Assembly (NCBI RefSeq): GCF_006345805.1
Contig: NC_043008.1
Coordinates: 40,920,001-40,984,000, forward strand
Length of the DNA stretch: 64,000 bases
Origin: Octopus sinensis
Taxonomy: Eukaryota
Reading direction: 5' to 3'
How positions within the stretch are numbered: the first letter of the stretch is position 1; the number at the start of each line of letters is the position of its first letter. The notes beneath the pieces were generated by a model that made no database searches, was not told the origin of the DNA, and was given only the letters and a program-made list of their open reading frames with translations. Below, piece after piece: positions 1 to 12,258 of this stretch. Made by a program: the position numbers and the translations under genes.

Positions 1-36
1 CCTTGCAGTCGTAGCCAAGATGCTTGTGACCCGCGG

Positions 37-151
37 TCAAAGATAACAAAAGTAATAAATGAAGATAATAAAATTAAAATTAGGGAATCGGTTTGTATTT
101 GTATGTATATGTGTGTAAGTGTAGGTATGTATAGGTACACATATGTATATA

Positions 152-194
<43 letters not shown>

Positions 195-490
195 ATATAT
201 GGACTTGTGTGTGCATGTGTGTATGTAGATATGTGTGTGTACGTGTGCATGTGTATGTGTGTGTATGTATATATATTTTTTGTATGTATAAGTATGTGTG
301 TGCGTGTGTGTATATATACATGTGTGTGTGTGTATATGTATGCATATATATGTATATATATATATATATGTATATGTATGTGTGTGTATATATACATATG
401 TGCATATATATATGTGTATGTGTGTATGTATATGTGTATGTATATGTGTGCGTGTGTGTGTATATATATATACATATGTGTATATGTATA
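37..490. repeat. Compound (AT)n/(GT)n microsatellite
   Basis: Degenerate dinucleotide tracts; source of the overlapping Y/I/H/T-rich ORFs in the track. Confidence 0.95.
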
Positions 491-727
491 AGTGAGAATC
501 TCCTTATTTACCTAAAACTCTATTCTTCTATATATTTTTCTATATATTTTTTTATTCTTTTATTTTATTTATTCTTTTATTTATTCTTTTATCTATTTTA
601 CCACTGACTCCTTGACCACTCCCCCAAGTATGATTTTTTTGCGCTATGCCTACCCCCAAAAAGTCCCCCACCACCAACCCTTTAAACCTGCCTAAATGTA
701 TAAATGCCAATACAATTCTTGTTAACT

Positions 728-778
728 AGCTTCCTGATGATTTCTCTTGAATGAAACAGTTCTAGTCCTGTAGAAGCT
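728..778 (+). ncRNA. Hammerhead ribozyme-like motif in a probable Penelope-like terminal repeat
   Basis: CTGATGA (734-740), imperfect stem II TTTC-TCTT-GAAT, GAAAC (753-757), GTC (765-767); AGCTTC (728-733) complementary to GAAGCT (773-778). Confidence 0.35.
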
Positions 779-866
779 CCTTCTATATAATAAATTATTT
801 TTACTCTGCTATGTATTGAGTACCTTATTTACTGTGGTTAACCCCGAATGAACCCGGGACCTACAT

Positions 867-897
<31 letters not shown>

Positions 898-900
<3 letters not shown>

Positions 901-1060
901 ATTAATCAATATAGGGTGGCAAAAAATTTCGTAGAATTTATTTGCCACCAGCGGCCTAGTGGGAAAAGATTAAATAGTCATAGACCATTTATAAGTTCAA
1001 CATTTGCTGGTGGCAAATAAATTCTGCGAAATTTTTTGCCACCCTATATTGATTAATTAT
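898..1060. repeat. Inverted repeat, ~55-bp arms with ~53-bp spacer
   Basis: 898-952 is the reverse complement of 1006-1060 with one mismatch seen. Confidence 0.9.
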
Positions 1061-1534
1061 GAATTTTCTGGTTAATTCCGTAATGGAATCGGCGGCTTAT
1101 ATTTGCTACCGATAAATTTGGCGCGAGTGCGATGATTTGAAAATTTTAGGTCAGATATTGCCGAGGCAGGGATAGAGATGCCTCGTGATAATATCTGCTC
1201 GGATCTTGGCTGTTTCTTACTGACGAATCTATCGGCCTATGGAAGATTGGCTTGATTTAATTTAATCAGGTTAGTTTGCCATTAAACAATAGATGAAACG
1301 GTGCATCGTATAAGAAATTACAGGGTAAATGTTTTTTTAATTTTCTCCTGGTTTGCGGAATTGATGTTATTTTGCGGTTGAAGCTTTGGCTGTTATTTCT
1401 AGTGGGTGAATGGCCTATTTGGCCATTCCTTGATTGTGAGAATATATATATATAGATATATATATATATATATATATAGATATATATATATTATATATAT
1501 ATACATATTATTATATATATATATATATATATAT

Positions 1535-1576
<42 letters not shown>

Positions 1577-1590
1577 GTATTATATATGTA

Positions 1591-1658
<68 letters not shown>

Positions 1659-2059
1659 TATATATTATATATATATGCATATATAATGCAGATGTCAGTG
1701 TGCTTTGCCTTTACTTTCTCAGAGCCGAAACGAATTGAGACATGATTCATTATGCATTTTCTTACTACTACAATCGAATCGGCCAACTAAACTGAAATAA
1801 CTAAAGATTGGAGGCTAAAAATTTGACCATCATGAGGGGCGTAGGAAGGTTCATTCTATCGTGAAAGAGGGAAAAATATTGCTATTCCTTTCATGAAATA
1901 TACTGAGCCTCAAATTTTGCTGCCAAGGAATTAGATTAATGGCGAATCAACACCGCCTAACAATTTGTGATATATATGCTAAGTAAATGATTGGCTAGTT
2001 ACTCTTTTCTAAATCTTCATTTAAATTTAGAAAGGTTATCTCTAAAAATTATATTGTTT

Positions 2060-2930
2060 TGTTCGATATGAAACGAAATGAAAGTAATGGAAAGGAAAAT
2101 AAAATTTCCTATCGATACTGACCAACACTCATATACATATAGTATATTTAATAACGTGCCTAACGCGGAAAGACGCACACACTGTGTGACATATATACAC
2201 TCATACAATTGCACATGTACATTCACAGACAAATATATAGTCATATACAAAATGTGACGTCATCGTCGTCGTCCGTCGTCACATATGCATATGTATGTGT
2301 TGATGTGTGTGTGTGTTTAATAACGTACCATTACATATGCCTATATATGTAGATGACTGTATGTTTAATAACCTACGTAACGCTGAAAGTCACACACATT
2401 ATGATACATATAAAAACTCATGCACTTATACACCTTCAGTTGTCGTCACATATGTATATGTATATATACATATGTATATATACATATGTATATATACGTA
2501 TGTGTGTGTGTGCATGTGTTTATATGTGTGTGTGTTTAATAACGTACCATTACGTATGTATATGTATGTGTTAATATGTGTGAGTTTAGTAACGTACCTA
2601 ACGCGGAAAGGCACACACACTATGTGTCATATATACACCCATACACTTACACATTATCAGTTACAGATTGATACATAGTCATATATAAAATTTGATAGAA
2701 AGATTACCTTTATGAAATGTTATATTGCTTTAATCGTAACGAAACGAAAATAATCGAAATGAAAAAAATCCTTAACCAGCCCTCACATACATATAGCGTG
2801 CTTAATGACGTACGTATCGCGGAAGGACACACATACTGTGAAACATATACATACTCATACACTCACACTGATCCATTCACAGGCAGATACACAGTCATGT
2901 ACAAAATGTGACGTCGTCGTCATGGCCGTG
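2060..2930. repeat. Internally repeated element with three diverged ~125-bp units
   Basis: Motif TAATAACGTACCTAACGCGGAAAG...AGTCATATACAAAATGTGACGTC recurs near 2147, 2587 and 2803; short heads near 2316, 2366 and 2535. Confidence 0.75.
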
Positions 2931-3144
2931 GTTAGAATTAAAAGTAAAGGTATAAAAGTGAAACAATATATGACATTACAATATACATTTTATCCTTTCT
3001 CTTTTACTTGTTGACTTTTGAACCAGTGCCAATGTGACATTGTTTTTATCCCCCCAAAATTACATGTTGACACTCACGGGGTCTGGTAGCATTACCATGC
3101 AAAATTTGATTAGATTCGGTTGAGCCGTTTAAGAATGTATTTAG

Positions 3145-3186
<42 letters not shown>

Positions 3187-3204
3187 AAGGATTATATATA
3201 TATA

Positions 3205-3334
3205 CAGTGTGTCCCAAAAAATGTATACACACCTTAAATAATTGTAAATTTGTTATTCTTTGTAAGCCTAGTACTTATTCTATCGTTCTCTTTTGCCGAA
3301 CCCCTATGTGTATACATTTTTTTGAGACACCCTG
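3205..3334. mobile_element. Tc1/mariner-type MITE (130 bp) containing a SINE fragment
   Basis: TIRs CAGTGTGTCCCAAAAAATGTATACAC / GTGTATACATTTTTTTGAGACACCCTG, TA on both flanks; 3253-3301 matches SINE sequence at ~44225-44280 and ~62260-62300. Confidence 0.8.
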
Positions 3335-3339
3335 TATAT

Positions 3340-3660
3340 ATATTGTTAAAAGTTACAGAAAAATTAAAGAAGAACGCAGTTGTATAAGCAACAAACAGGT
3401 GTTTTAGTTTAACCCCGGGGAAGGTGAGAAAACCATTTGCGTTTTGAGCCTACCCTCTTCAACAGAAAAGAACACGATGAAATAAACAGCGAGAGAATTA
3501 ACAAAAACCTTTTGGAGCTAGCGGTCACTCATGGTGGCTGGCTGGACAGAGGTAGTATAACTTATAGATTAAACTGTAAGTATCTCTATTTTTCTAGTAA
3601 CTATTTTCTTGCTTGTACTTCAATAATAGTAATAGACAAAATAATAAATGCTTTAGTGAG
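3340..3660 (-). mobile_element. Probable Penelope-like terminal repeat with decayed hammerhead-like motif at 3438-3465
   Basis: Minus strand reads CTGTTGA-A-GAGG-GTAG-GCTC-AAAAC-GCA, same architecture as the motifs at 53375-53402 and 54351-54378. Confidence 0.4.
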
Positions 3661-4329
3661 ATAATTTCCCATAATTTTCTTCACAAATTATCTTCATATT
3701 CCAAACTTGTCTCAGATTTGCAGCATTAGAAATATTTATTTTATTTATTTTTTTCGTATCTATTACTTATCTGTTATTTAATTTTTCCGTTGTCTGTGTT
3801 TATATAACAAATGTATTCCTTAGTGCTTTTCTGAATATCTGCCGATGTGTTAATATCATCTGTGCCTGTGGCAAAACCTGTTTAATTGCTCTCAGTATAT
3901 TTGTATTATCTTTTGTTTTGTTTCATAAATTTCCTTTCTAATTTTCCAATTTTCAACAAACGTTTCTTGGAAAAGTTTCTGATCTTATGCATTCAACACA
4001 TTTGTCTTATAAACTCTCGTCGTAACACTTAAATGAATCCCGCCTTCGTCGTTCTCTGCTGCTATTTGATAGGTTCGGTATCTATCAATTCTGAATTTCC
4101 CTGTATCTACGCAGTTAAAATCTAAACCGAAAGGGTAATTTCCGTTCTGCGTGTAACATTGCAGAGGCAAGAAATTCTTTATGAAAGAATATTCATACGT
4201 TCTCGTTTGACAGTAGAATCGATATATGTCGATTTGATAACTGTACGCTGTTAACTCCCCATTAAACCCTCTTCATTATTATTTTGACGACGGCTGGGAC
4301 GTAGTTCTGATAAAATGCATCCTTGTTAT

Positions 4330-6064
4330 TTCGATGAGGGAGTACTTCCTCACCTGTGTTTATACCTTGTTGAGAATCATCTCCCTCTCCAGGACGTTTT
4401 TCTCTTTAGCTCTTTTGTGTGCCCAAAACTGTAAAACTTCCCTGCTCCCTCATTATAATCGCTTGATACTACTACATGCTAGAGACCTGAACAGGAGTAT
4501 CTTTGGTGTGTTTCCACTACCGGATACGAGGGGGTCCACCCTGCTTTGTAAAGCAGTATTACTGATAACCATAAGGAAAATGGGTTCAGCACATCATGTT
4601 TCGCCTGCTTTCACCTCACCCCTCTCTTCTATTTTTCAAATTTCCCATATCTTGGGAACAAAATTTTCTTATATTGCTCTCAAGAGAACTTATAGAAGCT
4701 AGGAATCTTGCCCTGCTCTATTATGTTTGTGGTTTTCTGTTAGTTGCCGAAACTCGACAGAGCCCTATCGTTTTCGGAGCTCATAAAAAATTCCATGTCC
4801 ATCCTAAACACACTTGTTTTCTAATAGACATTATGAAACCTTTATGTAACGATATGGTTAACAATATGTTCTACCGTTATCTATAATTGTACTGCCTCAA
4901 ATATTTATGTCTGGTTTTAGTTATGTGTAAGTATTTAAAACAAAATTTTGGTCGAGTACTTATTCTTCGAAATACAACAGAGGCAAAAAAGTTGTATCCT
5001 TCTAACAAGCTATAGAATTATTAAACGATGTTTCTTCCAGTTGTTATTGCAGCCTGAAATGAAAATAAACCCAGTTTTCTTGCACCCTCTCGAAGCCGGC
5101 AAAATTTACCCTTCCATATTACACAATTCAACAATTTTTCTTGTTTATTTTTTCTGTGATCTCTATTCAACCTGATAAAATTATTTTCTAAATTACGAGG
5201 CAATATTTCTTTAGCACTGATTCAATATCAATAATCTAGCATGTTTGTCTATGTGTAGAGGATTCAAATTCTTGTACGTTGACAGTATGTCTCACACTTG
5301 CGGTTTTTGTTTACATTACTATTTCAATTTATACCTGCAGTGAATCACAGACCAGGTTTTCTCTTATTACCTCTGAAACGTTCAGCTGCGAAATATGTTA
5401 AGAACATTTCGCTGGTATATCTTTCCATAAAATATCAGTGTCCAAATCTGCAAGTGGCTTTGTGACTCCAACATCAATTTGTGTCTAGCAGGCATTGTCG
5501 TGTTTTATAGCGAGTATCGCTTCTCGCACATCATATAACACTTTTTCCACCTGATGGCTTCATCGATAACTGTGTCTATAGATGGTTACAGAAAAAAAAT
5601 TCCTTGTATCGTTAATTCAGGAATTCACACTTTCCCGAGGCCAAATCTGCCTTTCATATGCGACTGTAAATAAACGTAAATGCCGATCAAGGATTTTGAC
5701 TTGACAAGTCTTCAAGTACTTGAAGTATTGATTTCAGAGATCAAATCCAACTTTTCTCTATTTTGGTGACCCTTAACAGCATCATTCCCTCCTCCCTAAA
5801 CGTTAACTTATGGCAATATTCAGCGTTTTTACGGTGACGTTCCACTTGACTATAATATAAAGTCCTAAAGGAAAGAGCGATTTCATGTTTTAAAGTATTT
5901 ACCCGACTGATCGCTTTATTATTTTTTATTATGAAAACCTTTTCCACCGCATTTATAACCCAAGTAAGGATATTATTTTGAAAAATACTTTTGTTAATGC
6001 CATTTTTCGTGACGTGTGCAAATGATGATCGTGTCACTTGCAATAGCAGTCCCATTTTGATCAT
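4330..6064 (-). pseudogene. Heavily decayed coding-like remnant, possibly L1/Tx1-type LINE ORF2 C-terminal half
   Basis: Broken minus-strand frames with weak LINE-like peptides (MKGRFGLG, CVIWKGKF..KLGL); many stops and frameshifts. Confidence 0.3.
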
Positions 6065-6755
6065 AAATAAGAATGATCCCGTATAAAGTAATAAAAATAC
6101 TTGATAGAATTTTGCATATTAGTACATTTATCGATGTTAAGCTACACTTTTTACTTTTACTATGTGAAACACAGTCTGTTTCTCTTTACATTGCAGTACT
6201 TCACACAATTTTATGACACACTATCTCACGTTCAAATTTATACAAATGTCATACGATACTATATTACCAATATCCCAAACCAAGCTATAGCAATTTGGGA
6301 TATCAATGTGCAAACAGCTTCCAGCCTCTCTATCTGTCTCTTGTGAGCTCGATTTATTATACGCTTATTATACGCTTATTTATTATATTATTTTTTTAAG
6401 GATCATTCGCTTTCTTTGGTCGTTGAAGTTACCATCGTTCCTGCAACAAAACATTTGTTGAAATTATATTCATTATTTTATTTTCTATAAAACAGCGTTT
6501 ATCTTTGAAAGTGTGTTTTTCACTATAACATGATCCTGTATGGTATCATATTTCTTTTGTTTGTATCACCTCAGTTATATGTTAACCGTCATAATTTCTG
6601 TTTAGTGTGACGATATATGAAACCATATTCAACACGTTTGTTCACTATAGTTTTGACTGGTTTTGCTATTGTCAAAAGTGAACAATGTGCAGAAAAGGAA
6701 TCCCTGTAGGTAAGTATTCAGCAACCACCTTTTAAAAGTGATATGAAACCCGTCT

Positions 6756-6797
<42 letters not shown>

Positions 6798-6969
6798 TAG
6801 TAGTAGTAGGAGGAGGAGGAGGAGGAGGAGGAGAAGGAGGAGGAGAAGAAGAAGACGAAGAAGAAGAAGAAGAAAAAGAAGAAATAGAATAAGAAAAGAA
6901 AAAGAAGAGGACGAAGAAGTAGGCGAAGAAGACGAAGAACAAGAAGAAGATAAAGAAGAAAAAGAAGAA

Positions 6970-7002
<33 letters not shown>

Positions 7003-7047
7003 GATGAAGAAGATGATGAAGAAGAAGAAAACAACAACAACAACAAC

Positions 7048-7099
<52 letters not shown>

Positions 7100-7136
7100 T
7101 TAATAATAATAAAAGTAATAATAATAAAAATAATAA
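6756..7136. repeat. Compound trinucleotide array AGT-AGG-AGA-TGA-AGA-ACA-ATA
   Basis: Directly visible successive trinucleotide blocks. Confidence 0.95.
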
Positions 7137-9657
7137 TTTAACCCTACAAAATTTTCCTGATGTATGATAATTACACGGTGCTATAGGATTTTGCCATAGA
7201 AGCTTTTCCTACATCTGAAAGTAGGTGAACGTTTAGAAGAAACGAACCGGTGCAACATTGCATTACAAATACAGAAATTAAACATCTAACACTCAAATAG
7301 AAATAAATGCACGGAAACCTATTTTATGTTTTGGCTTTGATGATACAACGACCAGCATTTCATTTGTATCTGTTACACTACAAATAAAATATCAACGCCG
7401 AAACAGCTTAATGTATATTAAAGCGAAAATGGTATAAAACTTACCACTGGTACACTTTAATCTCACGTCACCAATGGATAGAGGCGGCTAAACTAGGTTC
7501 TTGGACCATATGACGAAAATGTGTGCGGTGGTATTGCAACTAAGGCATTCCCAGGGTTTTGTAAACGACATGTGTACCACAGATAGCACTAAACTGTTGT
7601 GTGGAATTTACAAAAAGGTTTGTTACTTATTAAGACCAACGCCGCTCATGCAGTGGCTCTCTCATCCACTCTAGATTACATATATTTATAATTCTGATGG
7701 GTGCATGTATGTATATGTGTCTGAATGCTTTATAATTATGCAGTGCACATTATTGTCCGATAATAAATATTTGAAATCATATTCATCATATTTCTAGGTT
7801 TATTGAGATCAAAACTTTTCTTTGCAGACTTCCCACAATCTGTAGCAAGTCAGAATACTATGGTTTTTGTATAAAATACATTGTTATCATAATGAAATCA
7901 TTTCAATAGTAGTAGTCAGTGGGTGGATTTTTATATACACGATTCCTTTACCAACCAAGTCTTAGAGGCGTGTGAGAAACAGAGGTTTGTTATTCAAATT
8001 CAAAGAAAATTCTGTACCCTATAGATTTCATTCTCTGCAATAAAGACGTATTTACTGCTCGTCGAATATCAGCACACCTAAATTACAAGTTTTCAATATT
8101 TGTTAACTCCTTCCAAACACGAATGAGACAAACGAAATTTGTTTATGAATAGAGACAGTGAAAATATTCGTGAGTGATGATTTTGTGCTAGCTCCACCTA
8201 CTAGAAAAAAGCCAAGAAATTTCTCTCAAAGCATAATAATCTGAAAGGCGATGACAAAGCACTGGGCAATGAAACATTTGACATACCTAAAAAGAGAAGA
8301 GAACGCCGAGAAGAATATCTTCTTCGTAATTTTGCTTGAGTAGATGTGAGATGAGAATAAACGACAATCTCAGTATATAACAAATTTTTTACACTTCTCA
8401 AGGAAGCAATCTTCTTGCAATGGATAAAATCACAAATAGCATAAACTGCCCTAAAATTGAAGAAAAGTAGACAATCTAATTCTAAATCTATAAAAAAGAA
8501 ACTTGTCATTTAGCAACGCATATGCAGAGTACTGCAGTATAACTGGAAATTTAATACGAATAGTTAATTCCTAAATATATTTTGTCTGAAACTATACTGA
8601 ACTGCCAAATACTGAATGTCATTGACTTTATATTCACGGTACTTGTACTACCACTTTTTTTCCAATTCATGGTTTCCTAGATATCCGTGCCGATTGTTAT
8701 GAATATATTATGTCTCCAAAAGTTGTTTCAAAAAAGAAAAGTCTTGTAACACATGATGTACTTTCCCATTGATATCTATGTTATGTAACACTAACAAATT
8801 AAAACAAAGCTTCATTGCAATATAAAAGGCTTATATGAAGATTTCCAGGGTGTGGGGCAACTACACTACCTAGAGGTGCAGGATTGAATAGAGGGAAAAA
8901 CTGAATAAGATATGTAAATGGAACATATTGTATCAGACAGATTATAGGGACAACAGGGTTGTTCCAAGCTGTATTTGTACTTAAGGCTGAGCGGACGTCT
9001 GACACTTTACAGATCACTACATTAATATAACGACACGCATTTATATTGTTGGCACAGTGCCTCGAGTCGATGTAAATAGTTTAGTGAAAGTGATCAATAC
9101 TAAGACATAATTATTAGTTATTGTATTGATTTCGGAATGATGAAATACGTGTATATATGAGTCTATTACTACATTAAAATGATCTATACAATATTTTTTG
9201 GTACTCTTATACACATTGTTATAAATGCACTTTAAAGTGGATCGTCAATAACTTGCATTTCTCCTTTATTTACCAATCAACTGACATCGTGTATAAACAT
9301 ACAAATAACTACTATCATTGTATAAAATTCTTTTCTGTAGGAAAAATATCTTATTATGTCTATACATTCTAAGCGCAGAAGTGTTCAATCAAATAATATC
9401 TGGTGGCTCTCATCTGCGTCTGTCTGTATAAATATTTTAAAATATGATAAATTGTGGATTAAAAAAAGAGTTCAAAGAAATAGAATTATGTATTTGAAAC
9501 AAAGTTATATTATCAGAGAATATAACATCGGAAACTGAAGAGCAATCTGTTTCTTGTACAAGATGTTTCATCTCCACTTTTAATCTCACAAATGCATTTT
9601 ATAGACACACAAAAAGAGACACACATTCATACTTAGATATAAGAGTCGGCACATCTC

Positions 9658-9845
<188 letters not shown>

Positions 9846-10849
9846 TCCTAGTTTACTTCCCCTCTCGTGGAACATGTACATGCATACAAACGCGTATATA
9901 TACATACATACACGCGCACATATATATATATGTATGTGTATATGTATATGTGTGTGAGTATGTATGTGTGCGTGTATTTATGTCTGTATATAGATAGAAA
10001 GGGAAAGAGGGAGAGAGTTATAAAGATATATAACATGAGTTGGTAGGGTAAATTCCCAGCTGTTTCCCTTGAAGCACATCTATCATGATTACAATCCAGT
10101 AAACAGTTGATGTTATTGGTGTTTAGCTGCAAGACATATATTAAAGTTGAACATTTTGGAAATATTTTTTGCAGCGTTTATATATAGCAAAACAGGAAAA
10201 TGTATTGGTATTATTTGTTCAACATTACACATGATTCATTTCTTAATAGGAATGACAGCGGTTTAAATGTTAGATATACATGTACGGAATTTCCTTTGCG
10301 AAATTCTTCAGACGGAGGACTGAATGACACGTATTTTGTATTTGGTCGAAGCGTAAATATTTCGTTAGTAATTACGAGTAATATAGGTAGTTAGAATGAA
10401 GGAAAAAGAGCGAAAGAGCAACGAATTTATTATGGAGAGGGTAACAGAAAGAGAGAAACTTATAAACATATACACACACAGTGTATATGTGAATAGATAA
10501 ATAAAATATACCAATAAAATTTCCAACATCCTCTTATGCTATACAATATATATACATGTGTGTGTATGTGTGTGTGTGTGTGTGTGTGAGTGAGTGAGTA
10601 CGTGTATATGTCTTAGTTTTTCAATTTCTGTAGTAAAAGACAAAACACGGGAAATTTTATTTTTTTTTAAAAATTGTCATCAGTTGAAAAATAAGCAAAC
10701 CAGCACCAGTAAACAAATCAACACCAGCTGTCAAGCGGTGGATAAACAAGTACTAACACAAAGATACAAACACACACATACAAACGCATGCATGCACGAA
10801 CGCACGTATGTACGTATATATCTATGTCATTATACAGTTTATGTCAAGA

Positions 10850-12258
10850 TTTCTTGCCAATAGAGAAAGAACCGGTTTCTAACCTAGATCCAAGATTCAA
10901 CATCAGGATATTTTTGTTTGTATGTATGTGTGTCTTATGTATGTATTCTCATGCATATAACTACACATCTAGACATGCTCATATATATTGAAATGATAAA
11001 TTTCTTGAAGGTGTTACAGATTTTTACGGTTGCAGTGATGTATTGGATCTCTAGTCTTCGAATTAGCTTTCTCCTTTCTGGTTTTCAGAAGCGGAATTTC
11101 TCAAGATTGATATTTAAGCAGTGTGTTATGCATCCCATGGCCCCTATAATTATAGGTATAAACCTGAACTTAAAATTTGGATAGAGTAACTTCAGATTTC
11201 TCAATAGTTCAGCATAGGTGTTCTCTTTTGCACTGATCTTCAGCTTCATGTTAACGTCCGCTGGGCTAATTTTCACAACTGTGCACAGTTTCTCTTCTCT
11301 ATACCAAATCATTATATCGGGTCTGTTGTACTTACATTTTATTGAGGTTTTCACTAGTACATTCCACCAGTATTCCTTTTCATTATGAGTGGCTGTGTCT
11401 TCTACCATATTGTGGGTTCTTATTTCTTTGTTCTAGGGATGAGACTTCAGACTGATTTGATTATAGAGTGTCCTAGATACATCGTCATGACTCATTGGTA
11501 GATAATACCACGATGAAATTTTTGGGCAACTACTTATGATGCGGGTGATATCCTCAGTGTGAAGTCCCCAAAGTCTGCATCGATTGTCAAATTTTACATC
11601 TTTCCCTGCATCTCTATCCCTTTTGTGCATTTGGTACTTGGTTGATATTTCCTGATCCTGGATTGCATACCCTTCAAAGTGGGAGGTAGTAATCTGGCTA
11701 GTGGTCTATGATAAACTGGCTTGATGATCGATGTTACTATCATCACGGAGATTTCAACTAACATATCTCTGCATAGTTTTCTGCTCATACAGGCTAATCC
11801 TTTCATCTGATCATATGTTGCGGTAGGGTCGTGCGAATTCTTCGGGCTTGTATTCTAGGTTATCAGACGATGAGTGTTGCTCAATAAGCTGCCTTCAAAG
11901 TCTTATGATGTTATCAGCCCCATGTATGCAAACATGGAGAAGGGATGCACTTCGACGCCTGGTGGTTACAAAATGTTTCCCAAGGGAGATGATGCGACAC
12001 CCAAAGGTGTTTTGGATCGATGTTCTACCTCTGCCGTTTTATTTTCGTTTTAGGGAGAGGCGGTCTACGTCACTGTATAGGTTGGTATAAGTACTGGCAC
12101 AGCAAATGCATTGTGGGCCACTGTTTTATTGAGTGGAGAGAATTAGGAGGTCCAAATTTTCTATATTCGGCTGTAATATACTTTAGGGACTCGGGTTTTG
12201 TTACAGAAGTCATTGAAAGATATATTTTCATCCACACCTAGATACCTGTAATATTCCT
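10850..12258 (-). mobile_element. 5'-truncated R4/Dong-clade non-LTR retrotransposon (RT thumb, CCHC knuckle, restriction-like endonuclease), decayed
   Basis: YLG and NK..AHNAFAVPV near 12250-12100; DRL..KRK..GRG; knuckle CRLWGLHTEDITRIISSC...HDDV (11433-11630); RLE RPDI...KENTYAELL...FIPIIIGAMG (11085-11408). Confidence 0.85.

Noticed and set aside
2140-2930. Repeat-plus-spacer appearance suggesting a CRISPR-like array
   Set aside because: Eukaryotic context, diverged irregular units and homologous rather than unique spacers.
7445-7640. Minus-strand donor GTAAGT with SRCR-like fragments (VVYKTLG, DVRLKCTSG)
   Set aside because: The fragments are in different frames with stops, the acceptor is weak and the Cys pattern is absent.
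8170-8510. Plus-strand pogo/CENP-B-like peptide FFTLLKEAIFLQWIKSQ
   Set aside because: Too short and interrupted; no TIR or DDE region found.
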